The notes: a model not told the origin generated them from the letters alone. Positions 8,217 to 17,844 are shown, counted from the first letter of the stretch. The stretch is 64,000 nt of DNA from Rikenellaceae bacterium (GCA_015060115.1 SUZB01000009.1:13260-77259); one strand, 5' to 3'. Numbers and translations are program-made.

Positions 8217-9413
8217 TTATCTCTTTGAGCCCTTTGCACCACCGAGCTTCGCGCCATGCTTAGCCTGATAGGCAAAGATATTCTCCGAGTAGCTGGTAGT
8301 CTTAAACTCCGAGTCGCGCTTACGCTTAAAGGCGATGGCGATAAGGCGGTCTACAAGCTCGTCGAACTTAACACCCGTAGCCTCCCAGAGGTAGAACGAC
8401 AAGGAGCCGGGAATGGTGTTAATCTCGTTTACATAGATACCGCCATTCGCCTCGTCAATCATAAAGTCGATGCGCGAAACGCCATCACAAGCCAAGACAC
8501 GGAAGGTGTCGCAAGCGGTCTTGCGGATAAAGGCAGTAACATCCTCAGGCAGACGAGCGGGAATCTCGCGCACGGTAGAGTGCATACCCTCCGAGGGCTT
8601 ATTCTTGCCACCACCCAAGTATTTATCCTCGTAGCTGAGAATCTCGCCACTACGCACAGGCGCCTCGCATACCGATGCCTCGCAGTCGTAGTAGTCGCCC
8701 AACACCGAGCAGTTAATCTCCTTAAGGCGCTCGACAAGGCGCTCAACAATGATGCGCTTCGAATACTTAATGGCATTATCCACCGCCACAATAAGCTCCT
8801 CACGGTTGTGAACAGCCTTGATACCTACCGAAGAGCCAAGGTTTGCGGGCTTGACGATAAGGGGATAGTTCAACTTCTCAGAGCGCTCGATGCACGACTC
8901 ACGCTCCGAGAGCCACTCCTTATCCGAGAACCAAGCGTACTCCACAACGGGGATGCCACTCTCCTTAAGAATCATCTTCATCGTAATCTTATCCATACCG
9001 TTTGCCGAGGCAAGCGTATTGGGGCAAGCGTATGGGATACCCGTAAGCTCGATAAGACCCTGGAACGAGCCATCCTCGCCCGATGTGCCGTGCAGACAGG
9101 GAAGGATAACATCAATGGTCGTAGCTACGGCGCTACCAAAGAGGGGCTTACGCACCTTGTAGAGGTTGTTGTCGCCATAGGCGGGGCGGAAATATACCTC
9201 CTCTACCGATGCAAGCAACGCCTTCATATCGCGATAGTTATCCGTTGAGCGGAGCTTGTCGCCAGTATACCAGCGACCCTCCTTTGAGATGTATATAGGC
9301 ACGATGTTATACTTCTCCTCGTTCATCGCTGCCATAGTCTGCGCTGCGGTAATCACCGAAATCTCGTTCTCTACCGAGCGGCCACCAAAAATTACACCTA
9401 CATTAATCTTCAT
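8217..9413 (-). CDS. ddl: D-alanine--D-alanine ligase family ATP-grasp protein
   Basis: FGGRSVENEIS, HGTSGEDG, VKPANLGSSVGI, SRIDF and NEINTIPG motifs. Confidence 0.88.
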   Translation of the reverse strand: MKINVGVIFGGRSVENEISVITAAQTMAAMNEEKYNIVPIYISKEGRWYTGDKLRSTDNYRDMKALLASVEEVYFRPAYGDNNLYKVRKPLFGSAVATTIDVILPCLHGTSGEDGSFQGLIELTGIPYACPNTLASANGMDKITMKMILKESGIPVVEYAWFSDKEWLSERESCIERSEKLNYPLIVKPANLGSSVGIKAVHNREELIVAVDNAIKYSKRIIVERLVERLKEINCSVLGDYYDCEASVCEAPVRSGEILSYEDKYLGGGKNKPSEGMHSTVREIPARLPEDVTAFIRKTACDTFRVLACDGVSRIDFMIDEANGGIYVNEINTIPGSLSFYLWEATGVKFDELVDRLIAIAFKRKRDSEFKTTSYSENIFAYQAKHGAKLGGAKGSKR

Positions 9414-9436
9414 TGCTGTATTTGAGTTTATTTTGT

Positions 9437-10999
9437 TTACTTAAACGAGTCGGGCAGGTCGTTCTCATAGAGCACAACATCGCCCGTCTTGAGTTGGGGT
9501 TGCAGTGCCGCCATAGCCTCTTGGAACGAGGCAACGGTGGCAATCTTTGTCGAATCGTAGCCACCCTCCGATAGACCCGTAGTTATAGCCTCACGATTGA
9601 CCTCATTGACTACAAACACGCCATCGGGGTTGGCGCGAGCGATATCCGAGCCGAAAACACGGTTATTGTCGTACTGCTTAGCACCCATCTCGACAAAGCC
9701 GGGGGTTACGACATACTTTTTGCCATCGGTGGCAAAATCGTGCAACACCTCCAGCGCCATACGCGCACCCGTGGGGTTGGAGTTATAGGCATCGTCAAGA
9801 ATTGTGATGCCACCACTGCGGCGCATACTGAGGCGGTGCTCTACCTGCTCAATCTGCTTAACGGCACGGCGACAAGCATCCACCGAGACACCAAGATGCT
9901 CGGCAATGGCTAAGGCTGCCGTGATATTCAGGATATTACCACGACCAAGGATATGCGTAGCATAGCCCTCGTCTACCCTACCGCCGTGGCTTAGGGCAAA
10001 GGTGGTCTCGGTAGCCGAGTATGCGATATTCGTAGCACGATACTCCGCCTCCGCATTCTCAATGCCATAGGTCAAAGCCTTGATATTATTACTCTTAAGG
10101 TGGCAATATGCCGCTTCGGAGTCGATATTCACAACGCCCACACCACCCTCAGGCAGAGCATCGATAAGCTCAAACTTGGTGCGAGCAACACTCTCCACCG
10201 AGCCAAAGGTTTCGAGGTGCATCTCGCCTACCGAGGTGATGATGCCCATCTCGGGACATACAAGGTCGCAAATCTCCTTGATATCGCCACGCTGCTTAGC
10301 ACCCATCTCCACGATAAAGACTTCGTGGTGGGGCTTAAGGTGCTCACGCACAGTGCGCACAACACCCAAGGTGGTATTGAAGTTACCGGGAGTCATCAGC
10401 ACATTATACCTTTCCGAGAGGATTCGATACAAGAAGTGCTTGGTAGATGTCTTGCCGAAGCTACCCGTGATGCCGATAATCTTCAGATGTGGCATCGAGC
10501 TGAGACGGCGCTTAGCATCGTTGTAGTACCAACGAGTGATGCCCTTTTCCAAAGGACGGTTGATAGCATTGGCAAGGATAATCCAGTAGTCCAAGGTCAT
10601 CAGTAGCAACAGAGGTATTGCAAAACGGTCATCGAGATAGCTTGCGCCAACCATTGCTAAAGCAACAAGCAGATAGCGAGTAAGCAAGAGGCGCTTAACA
10701 CGCATCGTATAGGCAAGTTTTATCTTATACTCAATCTTAAACTCCGCAACGGCGATAACCATCATCCAAAGACCCAACAGCACGAGCACCGCCCAATGGT
10801 GGGTAAAGAGGGTAACGACAGCACCTACCACAGCCAAGAGGTTGGCACGAGAGTGCCACTCGCCACTCTGCTTTAGCCAGCGATTGTAGCGCTCATTACG
10901 ATAGCTATTCTGCTGAAACATCTGCGTAGAATAGCGCACTGTGGCGCTCAAAAATGAAAGCCACGCAAAGCAGAAGAAATATAGTATTACACTCTCCAT
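9437..10999 (-). CDS. murF: MurF-like Mur ligase with N-terminal membrane segments
   Basis: IGITGSFGKTSTK P-loop, NFNTTLG, EMGA, DDAYNSNP; about 140 hydrophobic N-terminal residues. Confidence 0.82.
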   Translation of the reverse strand: MESVILYFFCFAWLSFLSATVRYSTQMFQQNSYRNERYNRWLKQSGEWHSRANLLAVVGAVVTLFTHHWAVLVLLGLWMMVIAVAEFKIEYKIKLAYTMRVKRLLLTRYLLVALAMVGASYLDDRFAIPLLLLMTLDYWIILANAINRPLEKGITRWYYNDAKRRLSSMPHLKIIGITGSFGKTSTKHFLYRILSERYNVLMTPGNFNTTLGVVRTVREHLKPHHEVFIVEMGAKQRGDIKEICDLVCPEMGIITSVGEMHLETFGSVESVARTKFELIDALPEGGVGVVNIDSEAAYCHLKSNNIKALTYGIENAEAEYRATNIAYSATETTFALSHGGRVDEGYATHILGRGNILNITAALAIAEHLGVSVDACRRAVKQIEQVEHRLSMRRSGGITILDDAYNSNPTGARMALEVLHDFATDGKKYVVTPGFVEMGAKQYDNNRVFGSDIARANPDGVFVVNEVNREAITTGLSEGGYDSTKIATVASFQEAMAALQPQLKTGDVVLYENDLPDSFK

Positions 11000-11002
11000 A
11001 CG

Positions 11003-11767
11003 CTACTCGATATTAAGAAATGAGCTCAACGACGAGAACCACAACTCAGGTTGCTCCAACATAGCAAAGTGGCCTGCACCCTCGGCAACAGCCATAATGG
11101 TATCGGGCATCTTGCGCGTCATAATATAGGCATCGGTGATGGGTGTTGCGGTATCCTTATCACCCCAGAAGAGCAAAACAGGCACTTTGACACTCGGCAT
11201 AAGGTGTTGCAAATCTTCGTTTACGACCTTCGACAATATGGCACGCATCATCGGCGTAGCACGGTTGTAGTCCGAAGAGCCCGACTTACGGCGGCGCTGG
11301 TCGATGAGCATCTGCGCCTTCTGCTTGCCGATAAGCAGCGGCAAAAGGCTCTTCATCAGCTTGAACGAGTAGACCTTGTAGTAGTAGCTCGGCTTACGGC
11401 GCGGTTTTACGCCCGCAGCATCGGTGAGCACAACACGCTCCACCTCGTTGCGCGATGCGAAGACGATGGCTACACGACCTCCAAATGAGTGGCCGATAAG
11501 CGTAGGGCGCACAATGCCGAGTTCGCGCACCAACGCCTCAAGAGAGCGGGTATACTCCTCGACACCCCACACCTCGCGAGGCTCGTCGCTTAGGCCAAAG
11601 CCAGCAAAATCGACCGTAACAACACGCTTCGATGCTCGAAGCCACTCGCGTGTAGCCACCCAGATATTGCGATCACAGCCCCAGCCGTGCAACAATATCA
11701 CCGTATCTCCCTCACCCTCAATGGAATAGGCAAGCTCAACACCCTCGTATTTATATCGTGCGTCCAT
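11003..11767 (-). CDS. Alpha/beta fold hydrolase
   Basis: LLHGWG oxyanion motif, GHSFGG nucleophile elbow, GDKD acid, GAGH histidine. Confidence 0.9.
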   Translation of the reverse strand: MDARYKYEGVELAYSIEGEGDTVILLHGWGCDRNIWVATREWLRASKRVVTVDFAGFGLSDEPREVWGVEEYTRSLEALVRELGIVRPTLIGHSFGGRVAIVFASRNEVERVVLTDAAGVKPRRKPSYYYKVYSFKLMKSLLPLLIGKQKAQMLIDQRRRKSGSSDYNRATPMMRAILSKVVNEDLQHLMPSVKVPVLLFWGDKDTATPITDAYIMTRKMPDTIMAVAEGAGHFAMLEQPELWFSSLSSFLNIE

Positions 11768-11805
11768 AAATGCAAAGGTACAAAAAAAAGAGCAAAAAGC
11801 AAAAT

Positions 11806-12227
11806 AGTTGTTAGTTATTAGTTGTTAGTTGTTAGATTTTTTTAGGACCAGTAAGACGGGTAGGACAAGTAGGACAAAATGATACCCGACCTCGTAAGGT
11901 CTTAAGGTCCTACGGTCTTAATGGTCTTAAAAAAGACAACAGAGACGCAGAGACGCAGAGACGCAGAGATAACAGAGAAAGATGATAGCCGACTTCGTTG
12001 TTGTCCCTTTCGTCTCTTTCGTCTCTTTCGTCTCTTTATCCCTAACCTCACTACACTCCTTAAACTCACTAATAGATTTGCATCCAGTCAGCACTCTGCC
12101 AATTTCTTGTCAGAAGGGGCATAATTTGGCGCCGATAAAGAGAAAGAGCGGATGGGACATACTTGGCGTATTTCCCATTCGCTCTTTAGATTGAGGCGCC
12201 GAAGGATGCCCCTTATCACAAGAAATT
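11806..12227. repeat. Composite intergenic mosaic: heptamer array, A, E, half C and D modules
   Basis: A core at 11881, related core at 11984, D arms at 12101-12120 and 12208-12227. Confidence 0.85.
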
Positions 12228-12648
12228 ACGAGAAGTTCTCGGATTGTGAGGCCACCTCCTCCTCCATCTCATTCTGCATCTCCACCATCTGCACAATATC
12301 CTCGGCACGGCTGGCGCCACCCACAGTAACAACCATATTCCACTGCACCTGAATCTGCACAATGCCGTTCATCACCGACAGCGTTCCCATAATCTTGTTC
12401 TCGGGGGCGAGGATAACGACACCATCGACATCGGTATACTCGGCAAAGAACTGTGTGGCAATCACCACATCGAAGATTGAGGGTATGGTGCGAACAACGA
12501 TATTCTGCTGATGACAGCCCATCGCGAGAAGATTGTCGATAAGCGGCATAAGGTGCTCATCGGTATGCTCTTTGAAGTCGCGCACAACGATAACACCAAT
12601 ACGCATATTGGTAGCATCCAATTCGTTACGCAACATGGGCTCCATCAT
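12226..12648 (-). CDS. Degenerate lumazine synthase (RibH)-like protein, probably non-catalytic
   Basis: MRIGVIVV...NIVVRTIPSIFDV...DVDGVVIL follows the N-terminal half of the RibH fold; the GxTxH and RxGxKxGNKG motifs are absent; position next to TPR/recF/DUF721. Confidence 0.65.
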   Translation of the reverse strand: MMEPMLRNELDATNMRIGVIVVRDFKEHTDEHLMPLIDNLLAMGCHQQNIVVRTIPSIFDVVIATQFFAEYTDVDGVVILAPENKIMGTLSVMNGIVQIQVQWNMVVTVGGASRAEDIVQMVEMQNEMEEEVASQSENFS

Positions 12649-12671
12649 AGCGAATAGCAGTTATACAGGGA

Positions 12672-13301
12672 TTACTCCTTGATGAAACGCTGATACTGGC
12701 GCTCAGTTGCGGGGTACTCCTTAACGATATTCTTGTAGCACTCTACCGAAGCAGCCTCATCACCCATAGCGGCATAAACCAAGGCGAGCTTCTCGTTGTA
12801 GGTGATAAATGAGTAGCTATCATCGCTTGCCGAAGCAGCCTTCTTGAAGAGCTCAACAGCGCTCTGCAAGTCGTTCTCCTCAACAGCGATATCGCCACGA
12901 AGACCATAAACCTGAGCGTTGATAAGCTCAGCAGCAGCGCCCTCACCATTAACATACATCTCGAGATACTTCTTAGCATTTACCAAGTCGCCAGCCTTGA
13001 GGTAGTCGGCACCTGCCATATAAGCAGCGTTGTTTGCAACATCGCTACCCTCGAAATCTGCTACAACAGCTGCGAAATCCTCAGCTGTAACAGCAGCAGC
13101 CAAAGCTACGCTTGCAGCCTCATTCTTAGCCTCGGCACGACGCTCAGCCATGCTACGGAATACGAAGTAACCGCATACGATGATACCTACAATAACAAGA
13201 GTCCAAAGAATCTTGTTGCCATACTTGTCGAAGAACAACTCCAACTTACCCTTTGCCTCAACCATTACATCAGCCTCGGCGTTCTTAACATTGTTTGCCA
13301 T
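12672..13301 (-). CDS. Membrane-anchored tetratricopeptide-repeat protein (YfgM-like)
   Basis: One TM segment near the N-terminus followed by Ala-rich TPR-like helices. Confidence 0.8.
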   Translation of the reverse strand: MANNVKNAEADVMVEAKGKLELFFDKYGNKILWTLVIVGIIVCGYFVFRSMAERRAEAKNEAASVALAAAVTAEDFAAVVADFEGSDVANNAAYMAGADYLKAGDLVNAKKYLEMYVNGEGAAAELINAQVYGLRGDIAVEENDLQSAVELFKKAASASDDSYSFITYNEKLALVYAAMGDEAASVECYKNIVKEYPATERQYQRFIKE

Positions 13302-13463
13302 AATAAAGTATAAGTAATTAAATTATTTTTGCTATAGTAACTCGCAAAGGTACAACAAATAGTTTGGATTTCACAATTTTCCCAACAAAAAATATCGCCA
13401 CACTATAAATTATCTTGCGCCATAGCAAAAAAAAGCGTACTTTTGTAGACAAAACCACGATGT

Positions 13464-14552
13464 ATGATACTTGACAAGCTCTCGATAATCAACTTCAAGA
13501 ATATCCGCGATGAGAGGTTGGAGCTCTCGGCGGGCATCAACTGCTTTGTTGGCGACAATGGTGCGGGCAAAACAAACATTATGGATGCCGTAAACTATCT
13601 CGCGTTAGCAAAGTCGATGCACACCATAAGCGACTCGCAGTGCGTAACACATGGCGAGGAGTCCTTCTTGGTCGAGGGCAGTTTCTCAAGCGACAACAAC
13701 CGCTTAGAGCAGGTTGTATGTGGCTATTCACGGCGTGGTGGCAAGATTCTGAAGCGCAACGGCAAGGAGTACGACAAACTCTCGGAGCATGTCGGCCACT
13801 TCCCCATTGTCGTTGTTTCGCCCTCGGATAGCGACCTTATATCCGACTCGGCAGAGGAGCGCCGCAAGTATCTCAACCGCTTTATCTCGCAGACCGACCG
13901 CCAATATCTTGCTGCGGTGATACGCTACAATCAGGCGTTGCAGGAGCGCAACAAGCTACTCAAGGCAAACCCCTCGGAGGAGATGTTGTTAATCTACGAT
14001 ATGATGCTTGACGAGTGTGCAAAGACCATATTTGAGCGCCGTACAAAGGCCGTAGAGCAGCTTCTTCCACTTGTTGAGCGCTACTATGCCCTACTCTCGT
14101 CGGATAGAGAGCGAATAGGTATGCAGTATCGCTCCGACCTTCAGGAGGGGACAATGGCAGATATGTTGCTCGCCTCTCGCCGTAAAGATTTCATCAACGA
14201 GCACACCACCGTTGGCGTACATCGCGACGATGTAATCTTCACCATTTCGGAGTACCCCTTACGCAAGTTTGGCTCACAGGGTCAGCAAAAATCGTTCCTC
14301 GTAGCGCTAAAATTGGCTGAGTATACGCTGCTTGCAGAGCATAACAACGAGAAGCCCATACTACTACTTGACGACCTCTTCGACAAGCTCGATATGGGTC
14401 GCGTGGCACAGCTACTGCGCCTGGTTGGTAGCGAGATGTTTGGCCAAATATTTATCACCGACTGCAACAAGCACCGCCTACAACGCACGCTGAGCGAGGC
14501 GGGTGCCGAGTATAAACTATTTACGATTGCCGAGGGCAAACATCACGAATGA
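13464..14552 (+). CDS. recF: DNA replication/repair protein RecF
   Basis: GDNGAGKTN Walker A, GVHRDD, GSQGQQK signature, LLLDDLFDKLD Walker B. Confidence 0.97.
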   Translation: MILDKLSIINFKNIRDERLELSAGINCFVGDNGAGKTNIMDAVNYLALAKSMHTISDSQCVTHGEESFLVEGSFSSDNNRLEQVVCGYSRRGGKILKRNGKEYDKLSEHVGHFPIVVVSPSDSDLISDSAEERRKYLNRFISQTDRQYLAAVIRYNQALQERNKLLKANPSEEMLLIYDMMLDECAKTIFERRTKAVEQLLPLVERYYALLSSDRERIGMQYRSDLQEGTMADMLLASRRKDFINEHTTVGVHRDDVIFTISEYPLRKFGSQGQQKSFLVALKLAEYTLLAEHNNEKPILLLDDLFDKLDMGRVAQLLRLVGSEMFGQIFITDCNKHRLQRTLSEAGAEYKLFTIAEGKHHE

Positions 14553-14839
14553 GACGAACCAAGACAACAACCATAGGCGAGATACTCAAGGAGTTCTTCG
14601 CCCGCCCCTATGTCGCAGCAAAGGTTGCCGAGGGTCGTCTGCCGGAGTATTGGAAGATGGCGGTAGGTGATGCTGCGGCGAGGGCTACAACCGACATAAA
14701 GTTTGAAAACCATATCCTCACCGTGCGCATCAGCTCCGGCGTAATGCGTCAAGAACTATTCTATCGTCGTGATGACATAGCCGGGCGCATCAACCAGATG
14801 GCAGGCATAGATATTGTGAAGGCTATCATCGTGAAATAG
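14549..14839 (+). CDS. DUF721/DciA family protein
   Basis: Overlaps the recF stop; typical W..AVG...A..T...F....L.V...S...RQEL pattern. Confidence 0.82.
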   Translation: MRRTKTTTIGEILKEFFARPYVAAKVAEGRLPEYWKMAVGDAAARATTDIKFENHILTVRISSGVMRQELFYRRDDIAGRINQMAGIDIVKAIIVK

Positions 14840-14855
14840 AGCTACTGCGTGTAAA

Positions 14856-14898
14856 AGAGATGCCCCGAATAGACCAAGAATCTATTCGGGGCATTTCT
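14856..14898. terminator. Bidirectional intrinsic terminator
   Basis: AGAGATGCCCCGAATAGA-N7-TCTATTCGGGGCATTTCT between convergent genes. Confidence 0.8.
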
Positions 14899-14916
14899 TA
14901 TAGCTAAAGGGTTGGA

Positions 14917-17703
14917 TTACCAAATAATCTCAACCTCCACATCATTGGTAGGATCCCAAGCGAAAGGCTCGTGGAAGTTACCATCCTCACCTACCCATGT
15001 AACATAGATAAGGTGCTCGTCCTTAGTACCATAGAAGAATGAGTTGTAGACACCGGGGAGATTATCCTCATGGTACTCTACCAACTCGTCGAACTCGATA
15101 CGACCATCACCATTAATATCCTCCATCTCTTTCCAAGTACGAGAGTAACCATCCTCCGAGTACTCGCACTTATGGCCACAATCACGCTTACCATTGTCGC
15201 AACCTGCTACAATGTAGGCGATAAGCTTCTCAGGAGTGTTAATATTGGTGTTGTAGTAGTCGCTAATAAGGTTCTCGGGGTGATCAACCATAGAGTAGGC
15301 AACATAACCCTTCTGAGGAGTAGTGTACCATGAGATGTTGAAGAACTCACCATCGTGGGTCTCGCCCATGGTAATCACAGGCTTACCCTCTGCCCAATTC
15401 GCGTCCGAGCGCTTAACCATATTACCGATGTTGGCAATAGGCTCGAAGTAGCAAGTTGCAGGGTGCGAAGCAACGCCATCAGCATCAATAGCCACGCATA
15501 CAAGCACATACTCGGTCTCGGTGTTAAGACCCTTAAGGAAGATATTGCCATCAACGAGGGCGTTATCTGCATCCGCAGTATCGTAAATATCCGAAGCACC
15601 AGCATACTGAATGATGTACTCACCAGCCTTCTTCGCTGTGCCACCATACTGCTCCTTCCACTTAGCATCGTTAAGAGCGCAATAGATGTAACGGTAGCTT
15701 ACAGCGCCATCGCACGACACAGCGATAAGGGTGTTATCTACCTTGTAGTCTACAAGCGTGAGGGCAACCTCAAGCTCGTTGTAAACGAAGCTCTTTGTGG
15801 TGTACTCCTGCTTGAATACCTTACCAATCTTACCATCGGTATCGACAGCAACAGCGAAGAATGTTACCTTCTCGCCGGGCTCAGTGCCCTTATAGCTTGC
15901 CTTTACGGTCTGATTAGAGATAACCTGAGTACCCTCCGAAAGGAGCATCTCAAGAATGTAGCTGTCATCGGGGTATGCAGTAGCCATATACGAGGGCATA
16001 GCATTGTAGAAAATCATAATATGCTCGCCATCGGTATCAAGCTCCATATCGATAGACTTATACTCGACAACAGGCTCACCAACTACCTCTATAGCGAGGT
16101 TACCACCCTCGGTGAAGCCCTGAGTAGAGAATGTCCAGTTAAGCACATTATCCTCAAGGATTACGCGCGAGTCGTTCTTTGCGATATACCAGAATACATA
16201 CTCAGTGTCGTAGTTCAACTCCTGTGAAGAGCCCAAAAGCTCAAGCAACGAACCTGAATAGTTCACATCCACGCCAGTGGCATTCAGATAGCTGTAGTTC
16301 TCGGTGTAGTACGCCGCAAGCTCTGCTGCATTAAACTCATCGGCCTTGGTAACGCCAAGCATATAGCCCTCCGAGCCCTTAACCTCAAACTTAACATCTA
16401 CATCGAAGAACGATGCATCAGCAACAGAGAACTTAACAGAGCTATGAGTGTAAGAGACTGTCGTTAGCTCCCTGCTATCAACATACAAGTCGCCATTCTC
16501 ATCGGTGCGAGGAGCGATATACCAGAAGACATACTCGGTACCTGCCACCATAGCCTGCGAACGCAATTCGCTATAAGGCACAAACTCGGTGAATGTCTCC
16601 ATAAACGAGAGTTGATATACATACTGAGAGGTACCACCGCCAAGAACATTGTTACAGCTGTTAATCATAGTGTCGGCCTTGAAGCTCGATGCGGGAATAA
16701 TACCACAAAGAATGTAGTTGGTGCCGTAGCCAGCCTCGATATATACACCCTCGTTGGTAAAGTATGCGTTAGCGGGATTTGTCGAGAGCTTGATGCTGGC
16801 GATTGCCGATGAGCCGTTGTTGAATACGACCATAAGCTTTGCAACACCGCTGTTTACAGCCTCGCCATTTGCAATCGCCTCATACTCAGGAGCTGAGAAG
16901 TCGAGAGTCATACGGTTGTTCTTGGCATCGAGCGTAACCTCGCACTCCCAACCCTTGGGAGTAGTGGTCATAAAGTCTGCTACATCGTCAATCTCGAGTG
17001 CGAAGGGCATCTGAGAGCCATAAGGCACAAACATTGAGTCGAAGGGCAAAACGAGCTTACCATTCTGCATGCCGAGCTTCATTGTCGAGCCATCAGCAAA
17101 GGTGATTGTGCAGTACAAAGGCTGAGGGTTACCCTCTGAATCAACCTGCCAGTCAGAGTATGTAACAACGACATCCTTGATGATGCTATCTGCGGTAGAC
17201 TCCTCGTAGCCGGTCTTAATCCAAGTCTTGCCACCATCGAACGATACCTCGATAGCGCCATCTACCACCTGAGTCATAGGTGCTACATCCGATACGGGCA
17301 CCTTCTGGTTGCCTACCATAATGGGGTTCGCATTGCCAAGGCCATCGTACATAGCCCAGTAGAGCACTCCGTTCTCGCTATACACGGTAACGATTCTGTC
17401 GGGTAGCTTATCACCCTTGGGGTATACCGAAATCTTGGTGCCATCAGACAAGGTAATCTGCTTGCTACCATCGGCCTGCTGCTGTACATCGGTAACAGTA
17501 ACCTGACCATTGACGAGCTCCTTGATAGCGTTGAGCTCCGACTCAATCGATGCACGCAAGTCAGCAAGCTCCTGCTTGATGTTGTTAATCTCGTTCCACA
17601 AATCGGTATCGTCGTACTGACACGATACTGCTGATGTGGCGAGCATCGCTACCACTGCCAAAGAGGCCGCGATAGACTTGATGTTACATAAAAATTTTTT
17701 CAT
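14917..17703 (-). CDS. Large surface lipoprotein with DUF4988-like N-terminal coiled coil and Fn3-like repeats
   Basis: Start moved to MKKFLCN at 17703; lipobox AVSC followed by QYDDTDLWNEINNIKQELADL; FFAVAVDTDG and LVCVAIDADG domain ends. Confidence 0.7.
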   Translation of the reverse strand: MKKFLCNIKSIAASLAVVAMLATSAVSCQYDDTDLWNEINNIKQELADLRASIESELNAIKELVNGQVTVTDVQQQADGSKQITLSDGTKISVYPKGDKLPDRIVTVYSENGVLYWAMYDGLGNANPIMVGNQKVPVSDVAPMTQVVDGAIEVSFDGGKTWIKTGYEESTADSIIKDVVVTYSDWQVDSEGNPQPLYCTITFADGSTMKLGMQNGKLVLPFDSMFVPYGSQMPFALEIDDVADFMTTTPKGWECEVTLDAKNNRMTLDFSAPEYEAIANGEAVNSGVAKLMVVFNNGSSAIASIKLSTNPANAYFTNEGVYIEAGYGTNYILCGIIPASSFKADTMINSCNNVLGGGTSQYVYQLSFMETFTEFVPYSELRSQAMVAGTEYVFWYIAPRTDENGDLYVDSRELTTVSYTHSSVKFSVADASFFDVDVKFEVKGSEGYMLGVTKADEFNAAELAAYYTENYSYLNATGVDVNYSGSLLELLGSSQELNYDTEYVFWYIAKNDSRVILEDNVLNWTFSTQGFTEGGNLAIEVVGEPVVEYKSIDMELDTDGEHIMIFYNAMPSYMATAYPDDSYILEMLLSEGTQVISNQTVKASYKGTEPGEKVTFFAVAVDTDGKIGKVFKQEYTTKSFVYNELEVALTLVDYKVDNTLIAVSCDGAVSYRYIYCALNDAKWKEQYGGTAKKAGEYIIQYAGASDIYDTADADNALVDGNIFLKGLNTETEYVLVCVAIDADGVASHPATCYFEPIANIGNMVKRSDANWAEGKPVITMGETHDGEFFNISWYTTPQKGYVAYSMVDHPENLISDYYNTNINTPEKLIAYIVAGCDNGKRDCGHKCEYSEDGYSRTWKEMEDINGDGRIEFDELVEYHEDNLPGVYNSFFYGTKDEHLIYVTWVGEDGNFHEPFAWDPTNDVEVEIIW

Positions 17704-17844
17704 AAAGATAAATATTTGGTTAAAATTCGTTATTGCCTGCTCAGCTATAAAACTATCCAATTGTAAATTGATGTCATTTCAACTTACAAACATAGTAACA
17801 AATTTTGTTTTTTCCAAAAATTGGGTGCGATTAGGTAAGAATGG

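Noticed and set aside
8256-9248. Long antisense ORFs (also 5499-6164, 15355-16227, 18089-18637, 22202-22945, 24079-24984, 32779-33540, 39622-40566, 46266-46925)
   Set aside because: They lie opposite well-supported genes, have no recognisable motifs, and are expected from the host codon bias, which leaves few stops on the reverse strand.
11921-12352. Small ORFs across the repeat mosaics (also 37967-38303, 58430-58645, 61644-62012) as possible toxins or leader peptides
   Set aside because: Their translations simply reflect repeat units or tRNA sequence; no hydrophobic toxin-like peptide with a credible start context was seen.
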